Position numbers and translations under genes: made by a program
From: Yuukianura sp. NJ FZ-2021
Taxonomy: Eukaryota
DNA: 64,000 bases
Reading direction: 5' to 3'
Assembly: GCA_046563655.1 (NCBI GenBank)
Contig: CM102285.1
Coordinates: 1,364,001 to 1,428,000 of the forward strand
The notes under the pieces: model-generated
What the model saw: the letters and a program-made list of their open reading frames with translations, nothing else
Told to the model about the DNA's origin: nothing
Databases searched by the model: none
Part shown: positions 23,138-35,983 of the stretch, one piece after another
Layout of the letters: the number at the start of each line of letters is the position of its first letter
Position numbering within the stretch: position 1 is the stretch's first letter

Positions 23138-25927
23138 TTACCGGACGATTGGATAATAAGAATATTTAAAATTGTATTTCATTGTTGCCTTGAGTTGATA
23201 ACTACGTTGTACGGGGCGGGTTCTGCACTTAAGTGTGACAACAACCTTGTCCGAGGGAACTCCAAACGCTGGATCCACCTGGAAACTGAATTGCTGAACC
23301 AAAGTTGCTATCAACAGCATCAAGTTCGTTTTTACAAGAGACTCTCCTATACATCGCCTCTTCCCTGAAATAAAATTTCAATAAAAAAACAAAGTGTCAA
23401 CATTTTTTCTTCAAAGTTTGAAATTGAACGTCATCCTTTAAAATACCGAATCCAAAAGTAAATATTTTCTCGTAGTTGATGATTCTGTTTTCCGGAGAAA
23501 GAAATCTGTTGGGATTGAACTTCTCTGCGTCCTTCCAAACCGATTCATCTCTATTAATTCCAAAGAGGTTGACGGCAATAAATGTGCCCTACATTTGAAA
23601 AAAAAAGTTCAATAAAGTATTTTCAAAACATTCACTTTTTTGGAAGTGTCTCTGACCTTGGGAATTAAGAAGCCGTTGACCTCCCAGTCACTCAACAACT
23701 TCCTCGGAGTAATAGGCACAGTTGTACTCAGCCTAAAGTAAGTTTGATATATAATGATAATATTTAATGATAATGATTAATTTAATTTGCTCGAATTGAA
23801 AATTGTTGATAAAATTAACACACTTGATAGATACTGACTGACCTCAGCACTTCATAGACAGCCGCTTGGGTCTGAATCAGCCTATGAAAAAGTTTTGAAA
23901 GCATAAAATATGTATAATATACACAACTAAAATAATAAATAGAAAAAATGTTAAAAATAAAAAAGAAGTGTATGAAAGTAGCGAAAGATGGTCGTTTGGA
24001 GGCTCTCACCCAAACACCAATGCTAACTACTGATATGTATCATGTGCTATGGTTATGAAAGTAAAATGAAAAAAAGTTGCCTTTTGACCTGGAAGGAGAT
24101 CAACTAGTGTCGCATGACGTACTGAAACGCTGCTGATATAGTTCACATGAGAAACGCTTGTATATAGGGCAATTTTAATATTACACGGGATGGAACCGGA
24201 GGACGCTGACCTTTGACCTCTGACCGTAAACGGTTGGCCATTGACTTACCAGAATGCTACTGAATAGTGAACGTTACCCAAGAAACGTCTACCGGTTTAT
24301 GAGATTATTTCATACAGACAGAGAGACTGACAGACAGACAGACAGATGAGGCAAAGCTTAAGATAGCTTTTGCTACTTAATGAATAATTTAACGCTAGGT
24401 TTACTTGGGTATGTCATCTACGTTGACCGGTCGTTTTCCAAGAACTTGGTCCACTTCTGCAAACAATTCATCCTGAGTTTGTGGATTTTGAAGAAGGTAG
24501 CGAACAAAAAAGTTCATGAAATTTGCTTCCGTGTCAACCCCACCAACGATGAGGTCCTGCATAACTGCCACCAAGTTCTCTTCTGATTTACAAAAGTAAA
24601 GTTTCACAAACTTTACCAGTTTTGAAATTTTGAAATGAGACAAACAGTAAACGAATGAAGTAGACTATTGAAATAAGTATTTACCAGTGTAAATTGTATC
24701 CAAAGGATTTTCATGTGGTTCTGTAGCATCTATTTTTGATAAAAATGCGTCTAGAAAGTTGTCAGGTTCTGCATCATAATTTCTATTCGTTCGATGATGA
24801 GCTGTAGCGTCCTTAAGCACATCAGATTTTGTGCTTCGTGTTTTCCTTTAAAGTTCAAATTTTTGTATTCCATTTTAAATATCTTACCCTCAGTAGTTGC
24901 CTCCATTGTTCACAACGCTGTTTATGCCTATTGTACCCGCAGAGATTTGGAAACATTTTGATTAATTTTGGGAAAACAATACCCAAACCTCCGCCAAATG
25001 TGCTGGACTTCACATATTCCATCACTGATTTAATGATGTTTTTCCGAAAAAGAGCGTCGTCTGAAGTACATTTTTCCCCCGTCATCAAAGTCCAAACGAT
25101 GTTGTAGAATATTTCAGTAAACTGAGTTTCAATTGTTAAGCAAAGTTGGCCATTTGTCATGCGCCGTTTAAGTGCATCACAAAACTCAACAATTTCCTCC
25201 AGAATTATGACCTCAGTCTTGTAATTGGAATGAAATCCAAAATCGTGCAAAGTTTTTTGAACCATCGGGCGAGTCTTGCTCCAAAATTCAGGCAAACTAA
25301 ACGCAATTCCTAAAAGTTTTAAACCCAATTTACATAACTTATTTTCTCATTTGTAAACTACTAAATGTTTTTCTGGATTATATTGTTACCAAGTGGAAGT
25401 TGAGCAGTTTTTTCAAGTACCCAGATATCCTCGGTATCCACATGAGACAGCAACTTATCCGAGAATTCTACGCTGGATATAAATTTATGCCCGTTCAGAA
25501 CCACTGAAACAGGATTTTGAATGATTTTTAGGTTCAATTTCACATAACTAAAAAGAAAGTGTCTCATTTTTAGTCTAACCCATCTTAGCAGGTCCAACTT
25601 TAATAGAGAAGATTGGTCCATATTTTTTGCTCAGCTCCATAAAAGCTTGCGAAGGATTGTGAAAGTCAGCCCAAAGAACCGAAACAATTGATCCAATAAA
25701 CGGTAGCTGAATAGGACCTGTTTATACAAATATGTTATATATTATATGCATATATGTATCATATATAGGACATGTGTACGAAATTTTATATAATTTATAT
25801 GTATTTTAACGGTAATAGTTTTTGCTAAATATTTACCTGGGGGCCATTTGTATTTGGATTTGTAGAAGGCATTCCGAAAAACGTACAACAACAGCAGAAA
25901 TAACAGGAATTGCACTGCATAAAGCAT
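23138..25927 (-). CDS. Cytochrome P450, copy B (tandem paralog; +1 frameshift in last exon)
   Basis: MLYAVQFLLFLLLLY, DLIVGGVDTE, YEVLR, FGFGKRRCIGE; same exon structure as copy A; paralog-frame stop at 23179-23181, frameshifted stop at 23138. Confidence 0.85.
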
Positions 25928-26614
25928 TTTACTGTAGCAGTTCTAAGAGAATTCGATGTAAAGTGTATTGACTGAAGAATTAAATCTTGGTGGAAAAATT
26001 TATTTGCAAATTTTTTTGCAAAAGATGGCTGTGTCGGAACTAAACCACAATTTTGAAATAACTCGTGGTTTTGCTTTTGAAATAAATATGAAACTGGAAT
26101 TTAGTGTTAAAACTAAAAACACTTTACGAAACGAATTACGAAACACTTTGGTAAGACATAGGGATTCAATACTTACTACAGATGCACTGTATGCACGAGT
26201 GCAATGATGATCTTACTATAGATATTTACTTGAGTTTGCAATTATTTGTGTAAAAAAATTTGACCTCGGAGCTAATCAGAATGTACGAACGTCCATACGT
26301 TTTTGCAAACAGGTTTAGTTGAAACCAAAACTTCACCTGTACCATGGAAATTTCCAAAACTCGACACCCATGCAAACTTATTTTGATTTTTTATGTTCGT
26401 TATGCCAGCTAGTTTTAACAGAAAAACTTTATGTCATGAATATGATAAATTGTGATTAATAGTTAATCTCTCAACTGTTTTTTCATCACATAAGGCTCTT
26501 ACAAACAACAATGAATTGAAATATTGGAACTTTTAGTGTTAATTTGTTTGAAAGTGAAACTTTCCAACTATTTTAGTTTTTTTAGTTTAACCAATCCAAT
26601 AGAGGCATTAAAGC

Positions 26615-26764
26615 TTAGAATAAGATTATCCCCGTGTTTGCAGTATCAGAAGACTTGGGAACGCAAAAGCAACGGTCGATGCAGAGCGAGCCTTTAAGTC
26701 CTCCATGGCTCTTGCAGATTTTATAGCATGGATCTTTCTTGTTCGTAACCAGGGAACAGGAACT
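26615..26764 (-). CDS. Defensin-like (CSalpha-beta) terminal exon; upstream exons unresolved or disrupted
   Basis: After a TTTTGTAG acceptor: SSCSLVTNKKDPCYKICKSHGGLKGSLCIDRCFCVPKSSDTANTGIILF*; Cys spacing C-x9-C-x3-C-x10-C-x3-C-x-C. Confidence 0.6.
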   Translation of the reverse strand, partial: SSCSLVTNKKDPCYKICKSHGGLKGSLCIDRCFCVPKSSDTANTGIILF

Positions 26765-27953
26765 CTACAAAAAATAGAATAAAACGTGTTTTAGTAAAAT
26801 AAAAAAAAGAACGGGTTCGATTTTGAAGGCCTACTTGGCCCACTCAGAAAGTTATTACCACAGGAGGTGGTAATTGTGCAATTCCAAAATACAATTTTGT
26901 TATGTAAGTACACATGAATCATGGGCCCAGCAATTTACACGGCGAGAAAGCGAAATGGGCCCAAAATCAACCAATTCCCGTAGGTGTCCTTTGTGTACGA
27001 CATTTCATATGTAATATTAAAACATGAACTATTGAAACTAATTTCAAACTTGGATTTGATAAATATTTGAACCAAAATTATAATTACAATAAAAAAAATC
27101 GTAATTTTACTTTGATTAAATTTTTCTTCTGAAGTTTGCCATTTTTGTATTGGTAGAAGACACAGTTGCATGTTGCCAAGTTTGACGACGAACTGGAAGT
27201 TAAGCCACGGCCACAGTCGGGGTTACAAAAATTCAGTGCCTTCCCAACTTTTCGTGTTGCTAAGCAATTTCTAGTTGGTAAGCACCATATGCAGCAGAAT
27301 GTAACAAACGTGGCTTGAATTACAGTTTTGCTGCATATACAAAAGGTCGAAATTTAAAAAATCCAAAAAACTTGATTCAGAAAAACAATTATTTGAAGCA
27401 AACAAGGAAGTAAAGCCGAATATCCAATTAAAATCAATAATGATTTTACAATCTTCAGCATTTTTTTTTGCAGAGAAATGAAACGAACGTAAAAATTCTG
27501 ACCTGGTGAAGGACAGCATGCTGCTCAACAAAAATTTGAAAAAAAACGAAACAACTCCGTATTTACGAGAATTGGAATGCCAACTTGCGCGAAGATAAAT
27601 GTAACCTAACTTATATTTGAGCTAAAATAATGTTCTCGAAGAATCGGCCATGACATGAGTAATTCAACCATATGTGTAAAATTTGCACTAAATTGCAGTT
27701 AAGAACCAGTGCAAGGTAATTTGACCATACCCTAACCTAATACTGCATGGCCATACAGTTTTTTTTTTCAGCTTTTTGAAATCTTATGCAGAGTTCCAGA
27801 GTTGCGAAAAAGTAGAGTCGGTAGAACACTTATGAACTTCGTCGTCCAATCAAAACTTTACATTTCAGGAATTCGTGTTTTATTGAACAAAGTTTATTTT
27901 ATGTTTTAAGTACTTCAAAAAAAATTATTAAAATTGAAACGCTGAAATTTGAT

Positions 27954-28544
27954 TCAAGTTTTCTTGCGTTGCAAAGACTCGAGCCAAGCAGTCATCTCTT
28001 GCACATCAACCTGAAACCTTTGAAACTTGAAACCTTTTTAGAAATAGATTCCAGAAACCAAAAATGACAGGAAAAATCAAAATTGAAAGGATGAAAATCG
28101 AAATTTTACATCTCCCGATCGATCCGAGTCTGCCTCGCGCTGAAAATCCTCGAACGTCTTTCCCGCCATTTTCGGATACTGAATGCACATCAGTTCATAA
28201 ATTCCCTCAAACTCTTCTTTGCTAATAACTCCATCTTCATTCGCATCACACATTTTTGCGTACAAAGCAGCTTCGAGTGCCGGTGAATGCAAAACGCGTA
28301 CGATTGGTTCCAAAGAAGCAACATGACAGCGTCCTTCTAAGTTTTTAACATAATAGTCAAGGTACGCTTGACGTTGTCCTTCTGACCGCTCGTATCCCAG
28401 CACTTGAAATGCTTCCAGTCCTTCTTGAACTGCGCTAAACGTATCACGTTCTGGATCGTACGATGATAACGTTCTGAATTTGTTTAAAATTTTGGCAACT
28501 TCTTCGTCTGTGTACGGAATCGACATATCACAAATCGATTCCAT
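27954..28544 (-). CDS. EF-hand protein, copy 3
   Basis: MESICDMSIPYTDEE; DANEDGVISKEE; DSDRSGD|VDVQE with the same intron as copy 1. Confidence 0.85.
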
Positions 28545-29564
28545 CTCTTGTTGGAATTTTGAGCTTGCAGTTAAAAAAAAGTTTTTCAGGGCTGCACTTC
28601 TGATCAGATCAGGTTGATAAACTTTGAGTGAGTGGTTTACTTCTTCATTGCGAAAACAGATTAATATACAAAGGGGCATTAAACAGTAAAAAACTGAAAA
28701 TTGTTGCTAATTGCCAATTAAATAAATTTGCGAAAATTAATTTTTTAATGCGGAAACTTTAATTGACGGAAAAAACTTATTATTAGTTTTGCTACTAATA
28801 TCCCTCCATAGCTACTGGCAACAAAGCAAACTTTCAAAAATAGTGGAGGGGGGTGAAGTTATCCAACTCTATCACATTTTTTAAATGCCGTTCTGCAGTT
28901 GAAAAGTTTTTTTTGCCGACTTTGTCGTATAAAATGTTTCGCTGTATACCCAAAAAGTCGAAATTGAAAAAAAATCCAAAAAACCTGATTCATGAAAATT
29001 GAAGCAAACTAGGACACTGGGTCGAATATCCAACTAAAATAAATAATGATTCTACAATTTTCAGAATTTTTTTTTCAGAAAAATGGAACAAACGTAAAAA
29101 TTCTGCCCTTGTGAAGGACATCATGCTGCTCAACAAAATTTGGAAAAAAAAACGAAACAACTGCGTATTTACGACAACTGGAATGCCAACTTGTTGCATG
29201 CCGGAAAATAAATCTAACCTAACTTATACTTGGATTAAAATAATGTTTTTGAACAATCGTCCATGACATAAGTAATTCAACCATATGTGCAAAATTTGCA
29301 CTAAATTACATTGAGAAACAGAGCAAGGTAAATTGACCATACCTTAACCTAATACTGCATGGCCAAACAGTTTTTTCAGTTTTTAGAAATCTTATTATGC
29401 ATATTTGAAGGGTTGCGAAAAAGTAGAGTGGGTAGAGCTCTGCTGTACTTTGCCGCCAAACTCGAAATTTCAGGAATTTGTGTTTTATTGAACAAAGTTT
29501 ATTTTATGTTTTCCAAAGTACTTCAAAAAAATTTGACGAAAATTGGAATTCTAAAATTTTTCAT

Positions 29565-30131
29565 TCAAGTTTCCTTGCGTTGCAAAGACTCGAGCCAACC
29601 AGTCATCTCTTGCACATCAACCTAAAGTAAAAAAAAATGGCTTTTTAAAAAGGATTCCTGTAAATGACCACAAAAATGTGAAAATCAAAATTTTACATCT
29701 TCCGATCGATTCGTGTCCGCCTCACGCACAAAATCCTCGAAAGTTTTTCCCGCCATTTTCGGCCACTGCTGTGACATCAGTTCATAAACGTTCTCAAATT
29801 CCTCTTTGCTAATAACGCCATCTCCGTCCAAATCAAACATTTTTGCGTACCAAGCAGCTTCAAGTGCCGGTGAATGCAAACTGCGCACGAGCTGTTCCAA
29901 TGGACCAACAGGGCAGCGTCCGTTTAAGTTTTTAACGTAGTAGTCGATATAAACTTGCCGTTGTGCTTCTGAGCGCTCGTATCCCAGCACGTTAAATGCT
30001 TCATGTCCATCCTGCACTGCAGAAAACGAATCGCTTTTTGGATCGTAAGACGGGAACGATTTGAAGCCTGCTAAAACTTTGGCAACTTCTTCTTCTGTGT
30101 ACGGGATCGACATGTCACGAAACGATTCCAT
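29565..30131 (-). CDS. EF-hand protein, copy 4
   Basis: MESFRDMSIPYTEEE; DLDGDGVISKEE; DTNRSED|VDVQE. Confidence 0.87.
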
Positions 30132-30719
30132 TTTTGTTCAAAATTTAAATTTTGAAGCTAAAATTTTCAAAATTTCCACGGTTTCTGATTTGTTTGAAAA
30201 CTTAATGAGAGTGACTGTTAGTCTGGAAAAAACATTTCACCACCAATTGAATTTTTTTTAAAAAATTTATCACCTAGCAATTAGTGGTTTGTCTTTGGAA
30301 ATTTTCGGTCATTCGTATCAAACAACCACTTTGATAATAATAATTAATTTACACTTTTAATATATAATAGCCTTACTTGACTGCTTGAAAGAAATGTTTT
30401 ACAACACATAATTAGTTCTTACGAGGGAAACCCTTTGATCATTTATCTCGAAATTTCGAATTTATAAATTACGGTGGGATTCTGTATGTCAAAAGAAAGT
30501 TTTCTGCAGTGTTGTTTTGTTAACATACTGAGTGTTGATTTGTTTGGTACTGATGTGTTTGCATTTCTGATGTCTTTTACTGATGTAATGGCGTACTTCG
30601 GTTGTAAAATCGGTTAGCACTCGACAAAGAATAATCTCAACTACAGTGGTACAGACAGCTTTGAGGTTTGAAAAAATGAAAGTCTTCAAATTTCAAAAAC
30701 TTTTTTTTTCCAATGCCAA

Positions 30720-31160
30720 TGAAAAGTTGAAAGAACTAATTTGCTATATAAGTTTCTCTGCAACACTGTCGCCCACAATGACAATTTTGCACATTGTAGC
30801 AGAAATTCAGTTTTTCGAAAATCTTACGCAGAGTGGCAGAGTTACAAAAAGTAGCATTGATGGGCTCCTCGGAACCTTTTCAACTCTACCGTCAAGTCAA
30901 AACTCAACATTTTCAACTACGTTTCAACATTTCTGGTTGTTGGAGGGCTAAATTCAAATGAAGAAATTTTAGAACCAATGGTTCAATTTTCAAATCCAAA
31001 CATGCACAGAGTTCTTCCTTAAATTATTCACAAATTAAGCGTTTAGGAGTGAAATTGGTTTGGCACGCAGTTGAACTTTGCACAGTTGTTTACCTTCCAC
31101 GACAAATTTTCGCCCAATCCTAGTTTGAACATTATCAACAAACTGGATTTTCGGCGCTTA
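30720..31160 (+). pseudogene. Decayed fragment of the NRPS reductase (R) domain
   Basis: Collinear nucleotide similarity to ~14500-14970, e.g. GTTGTTGGAGGGCTAAATTCAAATGAAGAAATTTTAGAA vs GTTGTTGGCGGGCTAAATTCAACTGAAGAAATTTTGGAA, and GAAATTGGTTTGGCACGCAGTTGAA vs GAAATTAGTTTGGCATGCAATTGAA; contains indels. Confidence 0.85.
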
Positions 31161-31312
31161 TTATGAATGCTTACAATGACACTTAAGCCTTAGGTTAAGC
31201 CTTAGATCCTTAAGATTTGATAAAGATAAGGCTTAGATCCATTAGATTTGATGAACAAATTTTATTGTATATTTCACAAAGTACTCCAAAAAATTAACGA
31301 AAATTGAAATGT

Positions 31313-31889
31313 TCAATTCACGTTTTTTTTTCGTTGCAAAGACTCCAGCCAAGCAGTCATCTCCTTCACGTCAACCTAAATTTAAAAAAAATGAATTTTT
31401 GAATTCCAGGTTGATTAGGAGAAAAGTGAAAATTTTAATAAAAGGAAATTTTACATCTCCCGACTTATCCGTATCCGCTTCACGCACAAAATCCTCGAAA
31501 GTTTTTCCCGCCATTTTCGGCCACTGCTTTGACATCAGATCATAAACGCTCTCAAATTCTTCTTTGCTAATAACGCCATCTCCGTCCGAATCAAACATTT
31601 TTGCGTACCAAGCAGCTTCAAGTGCCGGTGAATGCAAAATGCGCACGAGCTGTTCCAATGGACCAACAGGGCAGCGTCCGTTTAAGTTTTTAACGTAGTA
31701 GTCGACGTACGCTTGCCGTTGTGCTGCTGACCGCTTGAATCCCAGCACGTTAAATGCTTCCGGTCCATCCTGGACTGCACAAAACGAATCGCTTTTCGGA
31801 TCGTAAGACGGGAACGATCTGAAACCTGCTAAGATTTTGGCAACTTCTTCTTCTGTGTATGGAATCGACATATCACGAAACGATTCCAT
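31313..31889 (-). CDS. EF-hand protein, copy 5
   Basis: Nearly identical to copy 4; DSDGDGVISKEE; DTDKSGD|VDVKE. Confidence 0.87.
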
Positions 31890-34113
31890 TTTGTTGTAGA
31901 TATTTTAGCTTTTTCTTTAATTCTGAATTTTGCAGTTACAAATTTTTTTCCCACTGATGTATCAGCTTGAAAACCTTTGTGTGAATGTTTTAGTTTGTAC
32001 AGTGTGCAAGGTTATAAATGCGTTTAAAGGTGGCTTGATAGTTTTTTTCATAACACGCTAGGCAATGAATCGATTTTAAAAAAAATCTCGAAGGAAGAAT
32101 AAAATAATAAACTAATTTGAATCAAATTCGTTAATTAAATAACCAATTAAAGAACTGGTTTTAGTTGACAGATTTTTTTTGGAATTTCAAAAACTGAATT
32201 GATCTAGAGTAGTGGAGAGATTTTTCTAAAACGAAGTTTTGAGGTACCTAAAGTTTTTGAAAATGGTATAACATCTTTTGTTTCCGAAAGTTCAAAATTT
32301 GTAAATTATGAAAGCCGAAAATCAGTAGGAAACTACAGTCTGGACCCAAATTTTGGTTTTTGCCAATGTTGACATCATTTCAATTGAACAATTGGCAAAA
32401 AAATTGTTGTGTATAAAAACTTGATGGAGATTGTTTAATATGAGTTGAACGCTCTTAATTGCGCTAAGTATAATATAGTGTATAGTTATAGAGCTGAGAC
32501 GGTAAATTTATTTAATCACTAAATTTATTTTGTCTGGGCTTATTAACATCGAAAATATATTTGTAATATTTTTAATATGCACTGTGATTTTTAGAAAAGA
32601 GTTTTTTTGAAACAATTAATTCTTGGAAAGTCAAATCTTATAAATTTTCGAAATACACAAGTAAAATCAAGTCACAGTTTATAAATTTTGGGAAAATCAA
32701 CCACAATTGAGGATTATTTTTAGCTTTATATTGCTTAAGATTTGTAATTAGTGCAAAATGGAACCTTGAAATGTTAGTTTGACATGCCAACCATGCCAAA
32801 TCTTCCCTATTTAAGCGCAAAATAGGGATCTAGATTTTGACAAGGTTGAGCATTGAAAACCGGCTGTAATTTTAATTATGGGTGTTAATTGAGCTAATTC
32901 TTGCATAACGCAATTAAAATAATTGATAATTAAGTGATTAGTTCCTTTTAAACCTCATTAAAGCAATTAAAATTATTATGTGTTAAGTTTATTTGTTTTA
33001 TCAACTTCATGGAGTTTTTTGTTAAGCATTTTTTGTTGACCTAAATTAAAATGCTCAAACTCGTTTTATAATAAAAAATGTTGCGTCGTCTAACATTTAG
33101 AGTCCAAAAAAGTTTACTAAAATCCTGTGCCGTGGGGCGTACATGCTACTAAATTGCTGCCTATTTGTTAAAAAAGTTCCACCATGAAATTAAAACCAAA
33201 AGAAAAAAGCGGAAAACTCAAGCTCACCAGCACTTGTGGGTTATGTGTGCGTTGAAATTGCGGCGCCATTTGTATAAGTGTTGTATTTACAGAAAAAAAG
33301 CGAAGCTGACGACGTTTAAGAAACGTCTAAAATCAAGGTTCGCAAAAAAAAATGTTTTTCTACACCAGGTTGTCTAGTACCTCGACGTTTTTAATTTTGT
33401 TAAATAATTTTCAAAACTATGGTAATGATTTGCATATGTAATTTAATAGGAATAGGGGGGAAATTGTTTGAAGGAAGATTTTTCCAAACCCTGAGTTATT
33501 GGACAACCTGTTGCAGGAAATGCAATACGGTTGTCAAGGAACCTTGGTCTAAAATATTGAAGTGGAAAGCCAAAAAACGATTGTTTGAGTCAAAATAAGC
33601 GTGAACCAAAAAGCTAAAAAATTTATAATGTCAAAAATTTTCCAGGAACACTGTATTTACTAATGCTGCTGCGTAGAATAGGTAAACGGTTGGACAAGTT
33701 ATAAGGTGTAAAAGTAATTGGCATTCAATGAGTTTTATTAAAACTAATTAATTCAAATAATTAATTAATGCTCAAGTGTTGAAGCTGTTTGAATTTGTCA
33801 TACGAATTACACAGAGGAGGACAAGAAGAGATGAGTAGTTAACATTTAAATTAAGTCACAAGTTATAATCAAGTGTGTAATTATTCCATAATTTACTATG
33901 TTTTTCTTATTTTCAAAAAACAAAAAATATCCCGAAATTGTTAAGTCCACTCCACTATTGTTGAGCTTTTTATTACTTCATGCGCAGCTTTTTTGTTCTT
34001 TGGGTTTCACATATTCACGAAACACCGGAGTTCCCAATTTTATTGATAATTTACAAAATATAGCTTCAAAAAATATGTTGCTACGCAAAATTTCAATATA
34101 ATGCTAAAAATAG

Positions 34114-34601
34114 TGAAAGGGTGCCAACCGGACCCACCTTGGTCCAGTGTAGCAACCCTCCCGTAACCTCGGCAGTGACTCAAAGAAGGTGAAAGACGTG
34201 ACCCTGGAATGCGTGCGACGATGAGTTTATTGCGCTGTTCGCCCTAAGGGTCCCTCTGGACCTCGGTGTTGGATACCAAGACTCGTCCACCCTCCAGGTC
34301 CTCCATCAGGGTGGAAGATCTGGAGAGGAGACCTACTGACTCTCGGCTACTCTCCTGCTTCACTCTCTCCCAATCTACTGTCTCCCAAGCTACTACTCTC
34401 CGCTCTCCCGCACTCCTCTGCTACTTAAGCTTTCTCTCATGGTCAGGAATGTGACCATGAGAGGAAGCTGCCAAACCCAAAAGTAGCTCCTCTCACTCGG
34501 CCAACATAGGCTCGTGTGCAAAACCTTGAGTCAGTGTGCCAAATCTATGTGGGTAGTGAGGACAGGGTTCCGTGGGCTAACCACGGGATCCTGACCTCAC
34601 A
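34114..34601 (-). repeat. 3' LTR
   Basis: Identical by eye to 40724-41211; minus-strand AATAAA at 34226-34231. Confidence 0.95.
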
Positions 34602-34889
34602 TTCCTCCCTGCCAACACCGAATTCCTGGAAGGAATTCCCTTTCTTTACACAGCCTCAATGTTAGTTGTTAGCAATATATCCTATACTCAAAGTCACACA
34701 TTTTTTGTTTTGATGCACACGACATGAAATAGCTATATAGTATTCTGATAACAATGTCTTATCGGATCTTATGCAGGAGTTACCTCTAACATTGTGTTGA
34801 TTACATAACAATACATTACTAATAAAAGCACTCAACATCTATACATTACTACGGTTCGTTCGTATTATTTTTGTATTTTGATATTTCTT

Positions 34890-35983
34890 TTACGGGTCAC
34901 ACATATCTCCTACTTCGTCAAGAAGGGTATCACTAGTTGAAACAGAGGTAGCAGTTTGCGTTACTTTGTAAAACTCAGTATTAATTGGGATGAAATCCTT
35001 CAGTATGAGTGAGCGTCCAATCATCGTTGTCCTTATCTCATGTAGCCGATTTTTTCCGCAGGAGTATGGTCGAAGGAGGGTAGCAACAACAATGTCGAGA
35101 TGGGGGCAGAAAATCATAGGTTAGATTCAAATGTACGACGAGGTCACATGTTTTTTTTTTTCTGGGGTATAGAACGTATAACTGTCTCCCCATACTAAAT
35201 ATGAATTAATTAATTGACAATGTCCAGCGGTTACAGGGCAAGTCGTAATAGGCTCTAAATTGTTAACATGAACTTTTTCCTTTTATAAGTTTCTTTATGC
35301 ACCCAAATATAATAATTGGTTACATAGCTGTAGGACGTGCCGGTCGAGAAATAGTAGGCGAATGTTCGATGTTGAGTTCCATAGGTGGTGTCATTGAGTT
35401 TTCGTAAAACACTGTCTTCTGAACTTCGGAAGGGACTAACCAATCTATGGCATTCTAGGCAAGGGCCGGCTCCGAGTCGTGTAGTACGTGTGTCCTGTGA
35501 CCAAAGAAATAAACTGTTTTAGATTCGTATGAGATTTCCTTGATACATTCAAATGCCATGAAGATGTCGCCTGATGAAGATCAGTGGTAAAATTAAGGCA
35601 TCAGTGGGATGAGTGGTACTACAATATTCGTCGGGTTTGGTCAGTTGATAGGGCACTCCCATGGTCCAGTGTGAGTTCAGCGCTGTAATGTTGATCGGGT
35701 ATCGGGCAATTGACAATTTCTGGTGTTTCTTCCGGATTCGGCGTAGTCCTATTAATACGAATCAGTTGTTACATCAATTTTTTGTCATCAGTGGTCAATT
35801 TTCGGCATTTGGTATATCAGCTCCTGTATTAGGGTCACAGTAGTATAAGGGGTTGTCTTCCTTGACCGACATGGATCCGAAATACTGACGGAATATTGCT
35901 TCCTCATTTTTAAGTTTGCCCGCGATGACCAGCGTTGAGATGATGTTGATGACTGTTATGAGTTGACTGATTCTAAGCTCCAT
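34890..35983 (-). pseudogene. env-like class III viral glycoprotein remnant (multiple frameshifts and stops)
   Basis: Signal peptide MELRISQLITVINIISTLVIAG. Stitched frames read PLYYCDP...AFECIKEISYESKTVYFFGHRTHVLHDSEPAL..ECHRLV...TYGTQHRTFAYYFSTGTSYSYVTNYYI...TCPVTAGHCQLINSYLVW. Lies in the env position between the pol tail and the PPT. Confidence 0.6.

Noticed and set aside
34266-34454. Duplicated 62 aa ORF (also 40876-41064)
   Set aside because: It is an antisense ORF inside the LTRs with a GTG start; the duplication is simply the LTR.
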